DNA of 32,000 bases from Mycobacterium tuberculosis H37Rv (GCF_000195955.2 NC_000962.3:3810001-3842000), one strand, 5' to 3'; shown: positions 10,403 through 22,145, numbered from the stretch's first letter. Notes: generated from the sequence alone by a model not told the origin. Translations and numbers: made by a program.

Positions 10403-10590
10403 CGATACGGGCCGCGTAGCGGCCCGAGGAGGAGCCGGGCAATCGGCTTAGCCCGGTGACGATGCGGGCCGCGTAGCGGCCCGAGGAGGAGCCGGGCAAT
10501 CCAGCCTGAGCCCGGTGACGATGCGGGCCGCGTAGCGGCCCGAGAAGGAGCCGGGCAATCGGCTTAGCCCGGTGACGATGCGGGCCGCGC
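10391..10590. repeat. Minisatellite/VNTR: about 3.5 copies of a ~57-bp GC-rich unit
   Basis: TTAGCCCGGTGACGATRCGGGCCGCGTAGCGGCCCGAGRAGGAGCCGGGCAATCGGC recurs with register at about 10393, 10450, 10509 and 10566 (spacings 57, 59, 57). Each full unit contains the perfect hairpin CGGGCCGC-GTA-GCGGCCCG. Confidence 0.95.
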
Positions 10591-10652
10591 TGGGGGCACC
10601 ATCCGCTTGCGGGGACGCGTCTGCGTCTACCTGGGCGGCACCGGTGAACGTC

Positions 10653-11891
10653 TCATTCACCGCGCACCTCCGCTTCCTGCACGGCGGCGACGACCCGGGC
10701 AACGTCATCCGGGGCCATGTGGTCGTGGACTGGCAGCGACACGATTCGCGAGCAAATGTCCGCCGTGACGGCTAGATCGGTCGACTCGACTAACTCGGCA
10801 TTCGTCACAAAGTACGGATGTCGGTGCTGCGGTGGGTTGTAGTAGTCGCGCGCCTCGATCGCGTGCCTACGCAGGCTACCCAGAACCGCGGCCTTGTGGT
10901 CGGCGGACGTGCAGCAAGCGCTCGCGAAACAGAGCGACGCAACATTGGCGTTGTCCTGGAAACGCACACCCGCGTCGGCCATACCGGTGCGATAGCACTC
11001 GAGGACCTTGCGGCGACTTGCCAGGCGGCGATCAAGCCCGACTAGTTGGCGTAGGCCAATAGCGGCGCTGATCTCCGACAGCTTGCCGTTCATTCCGAGC
11101 TGGATGGACTCGCGTGTTTGCACCAAGCCGAAGTTCTGGAACTTGTATGCGTGCTCGACGAGCCGTGGATCGCGAGAAACCAGAGCGCCGCCCTCACCAA
11201 CCGCGAACGGCTTGGTCGCATGGAAGGAGAAGATCTCGCATGCACCGCGTCCACCGAGGCGCTCGCCGTCGGCGTACGTGGAGCCGAAGCCGGCCGCCGA
11301 GTCGAGCACAATCGGTAGCTCCCATTCGGCGGCGAGCTCCTCCCAGACGCTGATCTGGGGATTGCCGACGCCGAACACATTGGCCAGCAGGATGCCGGCG
11401 ATCCGGTCGCGGAAGCGTTCGATGACGGCGCGGGCGGAGTGGACGCATGGCTGCCATGTGTTGGCGTCGATGTCGATGAACCAGGGACGGTACCCAGTCC
11501 ATAGCGCAGCCTGAGCCACGCCGACGAACGTGAACGACGGCATCAGCAGGTAGCGGTCCCGCGTACCGGCGCCGAAACTGACGTGGAGCGCCGCGAGGAG
11601 TGCCAGGGTGCCGTTGGCGAGGGTAGCAACGTGCAGATGAGGTCCCAGATAGTCGCGCAGGGCGCGGGCAAACCGCCGCTCGTTCGGACCGAAGTTCGTG
11701 TACCAGTTAGCCTGGGCGATCTGTACGAAGTCCTCGGCGAGCTCGGCTGGCCCGGGAAAGCTCGGGCGGATGAAGGGGATCTTGGGGATCGTCGAGCCAC
11801 CCGGCTCGAGTTTTAACATGGACGTGCCTGGGGTCGCGCGTACTGCGGACGGCGGCTCCAGCACCGAGCCGGATAACGTTCGGATCTTCAT
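10653..11891 (-). CDS. DegT/DnrJ/EryC1/StrS-family PLP aminotransferase (Rv3402c)
   Basis: MKIRTLSGSVLEPPSAV... with GTRDRYLLMPSFTFVGVAQAALWTGYRPWFIDID, IVLDSAAGFGS, and PLP-lysine region GACEIFSFHATKPFAVGEGGALVS. Confidence 0.9.
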   Translation of the reverse strand: MKIRTLSGSVLEPPSAVRATPGTSMLKLEPGGSTIPKIPFIRPSFPGPAELAEDFVQIAQANWYTNFGPNERRFARALRDYLGPHLHVATLANGTLALLAALHVSFGAGTRDRYLLMPSFTFVGVAQAALWTGYRPWFIDIDANTWQPCVHSARAVIERFRDRIAGILLANVFGVGNPQISVWEELAAEWELPIVLDSAAGFGSTYADGERLGGRGACEIFSFHATKPFAVGEGGALVSRDPRLVEHAYKFQNFGLVQTRESIQLGMNGKLSEISAAIGLRQLVGLDRRLASRRKVLECYRTGMADAGVRFQDNANVASLCFASACCTSADHKAAVLGSLRRHAIEARDYYNPPQHRHPYFVTNAELVESTDLAVTADICSRIVSLPVHDHMAPDDVARVVAAVQEAEVRGE

Positions 11892-12012
11892 ATATGCAGA
11901 GCTCAAGGTCCGTTTGCAGCGCGTCGGGACAGTTTCCGCAGCGCACTTCGTCGCACCATCGTTGGCATCGGCGCCTGAAGCAGTTACCGCGAGAACCGCA
12001 TCATGTCGAACT

Positions 12013-12031
12013 TGAGGTTAGCCTTACCTCT
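12013..12031. promoter_or_regulatory. Probable IdeR iron box upstream of Rv3402c
   Basis: TGAGGTTAGCCTTACCTCT is a dyad resembling the 19-bp consensus TTAGGTTAGSCTAACCTAA (15/19 allowing S). It lies ~120 bp upstream of the aminotransferase start. Confidence 0.75.
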
Positions 12032-12261
12032 TAAGAATGTCACCCCCGGGGAGTGACCCCGGCTGTCCACGCGTGGGCGACCCGGCACGCACGGTGCACG
12101 TTCCCTGGTGTCTCACCCGCCTCATTCGTCCCGGCGCCACAGGGCTAGCGATATGGCCGCCTCGCGTAGTCGGTCCGGGTCGGTACGCGTGGGGCAGATG
12201 AGGAAGGTGCGGCGCATTGAAGCAGCCTGTCAAGCCCGGCTCGGTGACCGGCACGGCGCGT

Positions 12262-13863
12262 TCAGCATGGGGCCAGTGCGACGGGCTGGAGCGAAGCAAG
12301 CAGGCTGGCCGCCAGCGATTTCGCCAGCGACCGGACGCGCGGTGCGCTCTCGACGTGCCAAAAACGGATCTTGGGAGTGAAATTGCCGCCGACTAGGGGC
12401 CCGATGACGCAAAAACCTGGGCTGGCCTCGAAGTCGTCGTTAACCAGAAGGCCACGGTTGGTGCGGTTCGGGCGGCACAGCCCGTTCTGCATCGCGCTGA
12501 CCAGGAACGGCGAGGAACACGTGTCCAGCTCCTCGAAACCGCCACAATTCACCACCGCAGCGAAGGGGACGGGGTGGGTATGCTCGGCTCCCGCGGCTCG
12601 GTAGGTCATGGTGGCGAACGGCTGGCCGGACGCGCAGGCATCCACGCGCAGTACTTCGCCGGCGAGCAGGCTCAGCGTGCCGTCCGCGGCTAGCTCCTCG
12701 GATGCCTGGCGGCAATCGCGTCCCGCACGCCGCACCAACTTGGTGAAGTTCATGCCGTGCACGCAGAAGAACTCTTCCTGCTGCACGAGATCCATCTTGT
12801 GCAGCGCCTGCCCAAACAGGGCGGCAACGGCGTCGTACAAATCGGCCAGGTTCAACGAGCGTTCTTCGGCCGTCGCGAGATCGTCGCGGATCGCGGACAT
12901 GAGATCCGCCGCGGCGATCGCTTCCGTACAGAGCAGCGTGCGCAGCCGCGGGAAGTCAAACTCCGGCGGCTGATTGCAGATCATGTAGGGCAGCACGCCG
13001 GAGCGCGAGATGACGGTGATGGACCGGACGCGTGCGCGGATGCGCGCGTCGTGACGCATTAGGTAGAGCGCTTCCAGCGAGGTGGCGTTGGAACCCACGA
13101 CCAGTACGTTGCGCTTCTCCCACGACTCGACGCGGTCGAGCGAATCGCGCAGTCGCGCAACGTTGCTCTCCCCGCCGGGGGAGTAGAAATCGTTGATATA
13201 GGTGAATGCGGGTTCGGAATCGCTCGCAAGGATGGCTTTGGTCGGGGGGCTGCCAATGGCCACAACCACTTTGCCTGCAGCAATTGCCGTTGGACCGTTT
13301 CCAGACGGGCGGAGGCCGATTCGGTAGTGGCCGTCTGCGGAGTGGGCGCTCATGGCCTCAGCGCGGATGGTGACGATTTCGGCCAGGTCACGCTCGCCGA
13401 GCGCGGCGATGGCGGCAATCATCTGCTCCGACAGAAATACACCGAAGAGAAACCGCGGCAGGTAGAGCTCCCCCCACTGGTTGCCGTCCAATGCGTCGCG
13501 GTTGTCGCAGATCCAGCGGGCCGCGGCCGCACCGCCCTCTGCCTGGAAGAACGCCAGCCAGCGCTGCTTGTTCTGCTCCAGCCAGATCCGGTAGGCGGCC
13601 TTTTCCGGCTCGTCGGCGAAATCGTCGAGCTTCTGAATGGCCAGCGATCCGATGCTGGAGCGTTGGCCATAGGGGATTCCGCACCAGAACTGCTCGTCTC
13701 GCTCCACCACCGCGATGCGCAACTTGGGCGATGCCGAGGGGCTGCTCAGCAGGGCATCGGCCATTTCCAGCAGAGTCATAGAGCACGCGGCCCCGCTGCC
13801 GATGAACGCAACGTCGAAGGTAGGTGGAGTGATCATAGTCATCAAATAAGGGAAGGCTAACAT
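12262..13863 (-). CDS. FAD-NAD(P)-binding oxidoreductase-like protein (Rv3403c)
   Basis: Internal start MLAFPYLMTMITPPTFDVAFIGSGAACSMTLLE gives 533 aa. Second dinucleotide motif KRNVLVVGSNATSLEALYLM. Confidence 0.75.
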   Translation of the reverse strand: MLAFPYLMTMITPPTFDVAFIGSGAACSMTLLEMADALLSSPSASPKLRIAVVERDEQFWCGIPYGQRSSIGSLAIQKLDDFADEPEKAAYRIWLEQNKQRWLAFFQAEGGAAAARWICDNRDALDGNQWGELYLPRFLFGVFLSEQMIAAIAALGERDLAEIVTIRAEAMSAHSADGHYRIGLRPSGNGPTAIAAGKVVVAIGSPPTKAILASDSEPAFTYINDFYSPGGESNVARLRDSLDRVESWEKRNVLVVGSNATSLEALYLMRHDARIRARVRSITVISRSGVLPYMICNQPPEFDFPRLRTLLCTEAIAAADLMSAIRDDLATAEERSLNLADLYDAVAALFGQALHKMDLVQQEEFFCVHGMNFTKLVRRAGRDCRQASEELAADGTLSLLAGEVLRVDACASGQPFATMTYRAAGAEHTHPVPFAAVVNCGGFEELDTCSSPFLVSAMQNGLCRPNRTNRGLLVNDDFEASPGFCVIGPLVGGNFTPKIRFWHVESAPRVRSLAKSLAASLLASLQPVALAPC

Positions 13864-13879
13864 AACCTCGAGGCGGTGG

Positions 13880-14584
13880 TTAGGCTTCCGCGGGCTTCTC
13901 CGGTTCGAGCACGACGCGGACAAACACCTTGCGGCCTGACGCATCGACGAACCAAGCGTTGCGGAAATCATCATGGGTCAACGCGCGCAGGCGATTCAGG
14001 AAATGCCCAAACGTTCCGCGCTCGTTCAGGTCTAGCCGCCGGAGTTGTTCGAAATCCTTTTTCAGGTTGAGGTTGCCCTCGGTGGCCGGCGATTTAGCCG
14101 TGTAGCTGCCGTCCCGGATGGCGTCGAAATGTTCCAGCACCAACTCACGCTCGATGTCCATCAGCCGGGCGTAGACACTTCCCGAGGAATCCCACGACTC
14201 GATCGCGCATTCCCGCTGGGCGATGATCGGACCATGGTCCAACTGATCGTCGATCTCGTGGATCGTCACGCCGACTTTTTGCCCGTCGATGATCGAGAAG
14301 ACCTGGGGAAACCAGCCGCGGTTGTAGGGGTTGAAACCCGGATGAACATTCACACACCTGACCCCATCGATCAAAGCGGCGGGAAACCTCTGTTTACAGT
14401 GGAAGGAAAGGACGAGGTCATACCGCTCCACGATTTCCGCGACGCGCTCTGCGACATCACATCGCGGGACACCCGGCAGCTGGCCGATGGGGGACTGATA
14501 GACGTCCATATCGCCATGCCTGGCCTGCAGATCGACCGCCAGAGCATGGGCGTGGACGTTGTCGGTCAGGATCAATATCGTCAC
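13880..14584 (-). CDS. Sugar N-formyltransferase (Rv3404c)
   Basis: 234 aa with formyltransferase hallmarks VRCVNVHPGFNPYNRGWFPQVFSII and IHEIDDQLDHGPIIAQ. Recalled biochemistry on Rv3404c supports dTDP-4-amino-4,6-dideoxy-sugar N-formylation. Confidence 0.9.
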   Translation of the reverse strand: MTILILTDNVHAHALAVDLQARHGDMDVYQSPIGQLPGVPRCDVAERVAEIVERYDLVLSFHCKQRFPAALIDGVRCVNVHPGFNPYNRGWFPQVFSIIDGQKVGVTIHEIDDQLDHGPIIAQRECAIESWDSSGSVYARLMDIERELVLEHFDAIRDGSYTAKSPATEGNLNLKKDFEQLRRLDLNERGTFGHFLNRLRALTHDDFRNAWFVDASGRKVFVRVVLEPEKPAEA

Positions 14585-14701
14585 GACTCGCCCCCGCCAG
14601 CCTGCCCAGCGCCCATCAGCGGAGCCCCCAACACCAGCTCACCCTACTTCAGGGCCGACGCATACCGGACGGCCACGCTGGGGCCAGCGCAGGGACATCA
14701 G

Positions 14702-15260
14702 TCAGTGCGGTTCCAGGATCCGGGCTACCGCATCGTTCACGGACAGCCGTAGTTCGTCACCGGTCAGCTCGTCGATACCCGTCGCCGAGCGCAGCATGGG
14801 CGCAAAGAGCCGCCAACCGAATTGCAGCGCAAGGGCGTGCGCGACCGCCAGCCGCGCGCCCAAGTCGCTGTCGTAGCGAGGCCGTACCGCGTCGAGCAGC
14901 TCCGCAACATTGGGAAATCGCTGTTGCAGCTGGCCCACGGGATATCCGTCCAGCAGTGCCCGGGCTAAGACCCGCCCATGTCGGTCGAGAGCCCGTTCGA
15001 TGATGTCAGCGGGCGCCTCGGAGTGCAACAGTCTGGTCAGCTTCGTGCCCAGGTGATCGAGCACGGCCCCAACCAGTTGGTCCTTGGTGCCGAAGTGACG
15101 AAACACCAGCCCGTGGTTGACCTTGGATCGAGCGGCGATGTCGCGAATCGACGTCGCGGCTGGCCCACGCTCGGCGAACAGGTCGGTGGCGGCCTGCAGG
15201 ATTGCGGCCGCTACCTCTTCCCGCCCAGTGGGCATCTTGCGGCGGTCGGTTGCCGGACGC

Positions 15261-15268
<8 letters not shown>
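14702..15268 (-). CDS. TetR-family transcriptional regulator (Rv3405c)
   Basis: 188 aa. N-terminal HTH REEVAAAILQAATDLFAERGPAATSIRDIAARSKVNHGLVFRHFGTKDQLV. Confidence 0.93.
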
Positions 15269-16217
<949 letters not shown>

Positions 16218-16251
16218 TCAACCAGTAAGCGCAACGCAATTATGTAGCACC

Positions 16252-16551
16252 ATGCGTGCTACCGTTGGGCTTGTGGAGGCAATCGGAATCCGAGAACTAA
16301 GACAGCACGCATCGCGATACCTCGCCCGGGTTGAAGCCGGCGAGGAACTTGGCGTCACCAACAAAGGAAGACTTGTGGCCCGACTCATCCCGGTGCAGGC
16401 CGCGGAGCGTTCTCGCGAAGCCCTGATTGAATCAGGTGTCCTGATTCCGGCTCGTCGTCCACAAAACCTTCTCGACGTCACCGCCGAACCGGCGCGCGGC
16501 CGCAAGCGCACCCTGTCCGATGTTCTCAACGAAATGCGCGACGAGCAGTGA
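16252..16551 (+). CDS. vapB47: Antitoxin VapB47 (Phd/YefM-like N-terminus)
   Basis: 99 aa. [37 protein letters not shown], overlapping the downstream PIN toxin gene by 4 nt. Confidence 0.92.
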
Positions 16552-16958
16552 TCTATATGGACACCTCGGCCCTGACTAAGCTGCTCATCTCCGAGCCCGA
16601 GACGACCGAACTGCGGACATGGCTGACCGCGCAAAGCGGCCAGGGCGAGGACGCGGCGACAAGCACCCTTGGCCGGGTCGAGTCGATGAGAGTCGTTGCC
16701 CGATACGGACAACCAGGCCAAACTGAGCGTGCGCGTTACCTACTCGACGGGCTCGACATCCTCCCGCTCACCGAACCGGTGATCGGTCTAGCTGAAACGA
16801 TCGGACCGGCCACCCTACGTTCTCTCGACGCGATTCACCTCGCGGCCGCAGCCCAGATCAAGCGGGAACTGACAGCCTTCGTCACCTACGACCACCGATT
16901 GTTGAGCGGATGCCGTGAGGTCGGCTTCGTCACCGCCTCACCCGGCGCAGTCCGGTGA
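16548..16958 (+). CDS. vapC47: PIN-domain ribonuclease toxin VapC47
   Basis: 136 aa. PIN motifs [41 protein letters not shown]. Confidence 0.92.
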
Positions 16959-16990
16959 CCATATCCAACGACCGCACGCTTCCTGATGCC

Positions 16991-18727
16991 TCAGCCCGCG
17001 TTGCTGACCGGATCGATCGGCAACCACCGCAGCGCGCCCGGGGCGTCGGCAGGCACCACCGGGTGCGCCGGTTGGATCGGCGCCAGCCGACGATAGGGCT
17101 CACCCTGCGGTGGCCGCCGGTCGGTTTCGCCCTTGTTCGGCCACAGCGAGGCGGCCCGCTCGGCTTGAGCGGCGATGGACAGCGACGGGTTGACACCCAG
17201 GTTCGCCGAGATCGCCGCACCGTCAACCACGTACAGCGTCGGATAGCCATAGACCCGGTGATAGGGGTCGATGACGCCGTGCTCGGGGTCGTCGCCGATC
17301 ACCGCGCCGCCGAGAAAGTGCGCGGTGAGCGGGATGTTGAACAGCTCACCCCAGGTGCCGCCGGCCACGCCGTCGATTTTGGCGGCGATGCGACGGGTGA
17401 CCTGGTTGCCGATCGGGATCCATGTAGGGTTCGGCTCGCCGTGTCCCTGCTTGCTCGAGTACCAGCGGATACCCAGCTTCCCGCGCTTGGTGAACGTGGT
17501 GATCGAGTTGTCCAGGTGCTGCATGACCAGCGCGATCACGGTGCGCTCGCTCCATTGCCGGGGATTGAGCATCCGGATGGTGCCGCGCGGATCCTGACTG
17601 GCGGTCTGCAGCAACTGCCTCCAGCGCGGCACATCGGTGCCCTGCGGACCGGAGCCGTCGGTCATCAAGGTCTGCAGCAGCCCCATCGCGTTGGAGCCTT
17701 TGCCGTAGCGCACGGGTTCGATGTGGGTGTCGGCCGTCGGGTGAATCGACGACGTGATCGCCACGCCGTGGGTCAGGTCCAGGTCCGGATTGACCTTCAA
17801 GGTGGCGGCCCCGACGATCGATTCTGAGTTGGTGCGGGTAAGGACACCCAATCGCTTCGAGAGACCAGGGAGCCGACCCCTATCCCGCATCTTGAACAGC
17901 AGATGCTGGGTCCCCCAGGTGCCCGCGGCCAGCACCAGCTGCGTTGCGGTGAAGGTGCGCCGATCCCGGCGCAGCCAACTGCCGGTTCGCACTGTGCGGA
18001 CCTCCCACAACCCGTCGGACCGCCGCTCAAACCCCTTCACCGTGGTCATCGGAATCACTTGCGCGCCAGCTGATTCCGCGAGGCCAAGGTAGTTTTTCAC
18101 CAGGGTGTTCTTGGCACCGTGGCGACAGCCCGTCATACAGCAGCCGCATTCCAGGCAGCCGGTGCGCGCCGGCCCGGCACCGCCGAAGTAGGGATCGGGC
18201 ACGGTCTTGCCGGGCGTCTTGGTGCCGTCGGGGCCGAAGAACACTCCAACCGGGGTCGGCACCCAGGTGTCGCCAAACCCCATCTCGTCGGCGACCTCCT
18301 TGACGATGCGGTCGGCGTCGGTGAAGGTCGGGTTTTGCACCACCCCGAGCATCCGCTGCGCCTGCTGGTAGTGCGGCATCAGCTCGCCACGCCAGTCGGT
18401 GATGTGTGACCACTGCTGGTCGGCGAAGAACGGCTCCGGCGGCACGTACAACGTGTTGGCGTAGTTGAGGGAGCCCCCGCCCACCCCGGCGCCGGCCAGG
18501 ATCATCACGTTGCGCAGCGGGTGGATACGTTGAATGCCATAGCAGCCCAACCTCGGCGCCCAGAGAAACTTGCGCAGGTCCCACGACGTCTTGGCGAACT
18601 CCTCGTCGGAGAACCGGCGGCCGGCCTCCAGCACGCCGACCCGGTAGCCCTTTTCCGTCAGCCGCAGCGCGGTGACGCTGCCCCCGAAACCCGATCCAAT
18701 AATCAGGACGTCGTAATCCGGCTTCAT
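16991..18727 (-). CDS. choD: GMC-type flavin oxidoreductase annotated as cholesterol oxidase ChoD
   Basis: 578 aa. DYDVLIIGSGFGGSVTALRLTEKGYRVGVLEAG, YVVDGAAISANLGVNPSLSIAAQAERAA. Confidence 0.9.
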   Translation of the reverse strand: MKPDYDVLIIGSGFGGSVTALRLTEKGYRVGVLEAGRRFSDEEFAKTSWDLRKFLWAPRLGCYGIQRIHPLRNVMILAGAGVGGGSLNYANTLYVPPEPFFADQQWSHITDWRGELMPHYQQAQRMLGVVQNPTFTDADRIVKEVADEMGFGDTWVPTPVGVFFGPDGTKTPGKTVPDPYFGGAGPARTGCLECGCCMTGCRHGAKNTLVKNYLGLAESAGAQVIPMTTVKGFERRSDGLWEVRTVRTGSWLRRDRRTFTATQLVLAAGTWGTQHLLFKMRDRGRLPGLSKRLGVLTRTNSESIVGAATLKVNPDLDLTHGVAITSSIHPTADTHIEPVRYGKGSNAMGLLQTLMTDGSGPQGTDVPRWRQLLQTASQDPRGTIRMLNPRQWSERTVIALVMQHLDNSITTFTKRGKLGIRWYSSKQGHGEPNPTWIPIGNQVTRRIAAKIDGVAGGTWGELFNIPLTAHFLGGAVIGDDPEHGVIDPYHRVYGYPTLYVVDGAAISANLGVNPSLSIAAQAERAASLWPNKGETDRRPPQGEPYRRLAPIQPAHPVVPADAPGALRWLPIDPVSNAG

Positions 18728-18782
18728 CGCTGCAGTATGACCCCCTTTACATCGGGCCAGTTAATCAGTCTCTCAGGTGGCG

Positions 18783-19910
18783 TCAGCCCCCAACGGTCAG
18801 GCCGACCTTCTGGAACTCCTTGAGGTCGCAATACCCGGCCTTGGCCATCGATCGGCGTAGCCCACCGACCAGATTCAGGCCGCCGAACGGGTCGTCCGAC
18901 GGCCCGCCCAGCACCCGCGCCAGCGGCGGCCGCTCGCCGACCGCGATCTGCAGCAACGCCCCCCGCGGCAACGACGGGTGCGCCGCCGCGGCCGGCCAGA
19001 ACCATCCCTCGCCGAGCGCCTCGGCCGATTCGGCTAACGGGGTACCCAGCACCACCGCGTCGGCGCCGCAGGCGATGGCCTTGGCCAACTCGCCGGAAGT
19101 GTGGATGTCGCCGTCGGCCAACACGTGCACGTAGCGGCCGCCCGTCTCGTCGAGGTAGTCGCGCCGCGCGGCGGCAGCGTCGGCGATCGCGGTCGCCATC
19201 GGCACGCTGATGCCCAGCACCTCGTCGGTCGTCGTCACCCCCTGGGTGGAGCCGTAGCCAACGATGACGCCGGCGGCGCCGGTGCGCATCAGATGCAGCG
19301 CGGTGCGGTGGTCGAGCACCCCGCCGGCGACGACCGGTATGTCGAGCTCGGAGATGAAGGTCTTCAGGTTGAGCGGCTCGCCGTCGCTGGCGACGCGCTC
19401 GGCGGAGACGATGGTCCCCTGGATGACCAGCAAGTCAATACCGGCCGCAACCAGTACCGGTGTCAGCCACTGGGCGTTTTGCGGGCTCACCCGCACCGCG
19501 GTGGTCACCCCGGCCTCGCGGATGCGAGCCACCGCGGCACCCAACAGGTCGGGATTTAGCGGTGCCGCGTGCAGCTCCTGCAGCAACCGGATCGCCGTCG
19601 ACGGTTCGGGGTCGGCCGCTGCAGCTTCCAAGAGTTGGGCGATTTTTGCCTCGACATCGAGGTGGCGGCCGATCAGCCCCTCGCCGTTGAGCACGCCCAG
19701 CCCGCCCAGCCGGCCGAGCTCGATCGCGAACTCCGGGGACACCAGGGCATCGGTGGGGTGTGCCACCACTGGGATCTCGAACCGGTAGGCGTCCAGCTGC
19801 CAGGCCGTGGAGACGTCCTTCGACGAGCGGGTGCGCCGCGACGGCACGATGCTAATCTCGCTGAGTTCATAGGTGCGGCGGGCGGTGCGGCCCATGCCGA
19901 TCTCGACCAT
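18783..19910 (-). CDS. guaB3: IMP dehydrogenase family protein GuaB3, lacking CBS domains
   Basis: 375 aa. MVEIGMGRTARRTYELSEISIVPSRRTRSSKDV; IMPDH-type TIM barrel with GIDLLVIQG and AGAAGVIVGYG. Confidence 0.93.
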   Translation of the reverse strand: MVEIGMGRTARRTYELSEISIVPSRRTRSSKDVSTAWQLDAYRFEIPVVAHPTDALVSPEFAIELGRLGGLGVLNGEGLIGRHLDVEAKIAQLLEAAAADPEPSTAIRLLQELHAAPLNPDLLGAAVARIREAGVTTAVRVSPQNAQWLTPVLVAAGIDLLVIQGTIVSAERVASDGEPLNLKTFISELDIPVVAGGVLDHRTALHLMRTGAAGVIVGYGSTQGVTTTDEVLGISVPMATAIADAAAARRDYLDETGGRYVHVLADGDIHTSGELAKAIACGADAVVLGTPLAESAEALGEGWFWPAAAAHPSLPRGALLQIAVGERPPLARVLGGPSDDPFGGLNLVGGLRRSMAKAGYCDLKEFQKVGLTVGG

Positions 19911-19929
19911 CTAGATATCCAGGTCGCCG

Positions 19930-21681
<1,752 letters not shown>

Positions 21682-21725
21682 TCAATTTCTGGCGTTATCA
21701 CCGCGTGCTTGCGTAGTGTAGAGGG

Positions 21726-22136
21726 GTGCGCGACCACCTGCCGCCGGGTTTGCCGCCCGATCCGTTTGCCGACGACCCCTGTGACCCGTCGGCCGCACTG
21801 GAGGCAGTCGAGCCTGGCCAGCCCCTCGATCAACAAGAGCGGATGGCCGTCGAGGCCGACTTGGCCGATCTGGCCGTATACGAAGCTCTGTTGGCGCACA
21901 AGGGAATTCGTGGACTTGTAGTGTGCTGCGACGAGTGCCAGCAAGACCACTATCACGACTGGGACATGCTGCGTTCCAATCTGTTGCAACTGCTTATCGA
22001 CGGCACCGTCCGCCCGCACGAGCCGGCCTACGATCCCGAACCGGACTCCTACGTCACCTGGGATTACTGCCGGGGATATGCCGATGCTTCGCTCAACGAG
22101 GCAGCACCAGACGCGGACAGGTTCCGCCGCCGCTGA
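21726..22136 (+). CDS. Conserved actinobacterial protein of unknown function (Rv3412; DUF5319-like)
   Basis: 136 aa from a GTG start. MRDHLPPGLPPDPFADDPCDPSAALEAVEPGQPLDQQERMAVEADL...; cysteine motif VVCCDECQQDHYHDWDMLR. Family name is from memory. Confidence 0.85.
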   Translation: MRDHLPPGLPPDPFADDPCDPSAALEAVEPGQPLDQQERMAVEADLADLAVYEALLAHKGIRGLVVCCDECQQDHYHDWDMLRSNLLQLLIDGTVRPHEPAYDPEPDSYVTWDYCRGYADASLNEAAPDADRFRRR

Positions 22137-22145
22137 TCGCGCTCG

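Noticed and set aside
10227-10499. Reverse ORF containing duplicated peptide LPGSSSGRYAARIVTGL
   Set aside because: The peptide repeat is only a translation of the DNA minisatellite, antisense to the Rv3401 3' end; no independent coding support.
10391-10590. Possible CRISPR-like repeat array
   Set aside because: Units are contiguous ~57-bp tandem repeats with no unique spacers of constant length and no cas genes; a minisatellite explains it.
12024-12299. 91-aa reverse ORF between Rv3402c and Rv3403c
   Set aside because: It overlaps the iron box and the 3' end of Rv3403c and has Pro/Arg/His-rich composition; no support.
16955-17827. 290-aa forward ORF opposite choD
   Set aside because: Antisense shadow ORF (Arg/Asp/Gln-rich) with no domain, overlapping a clear GMC oxidoreductase.
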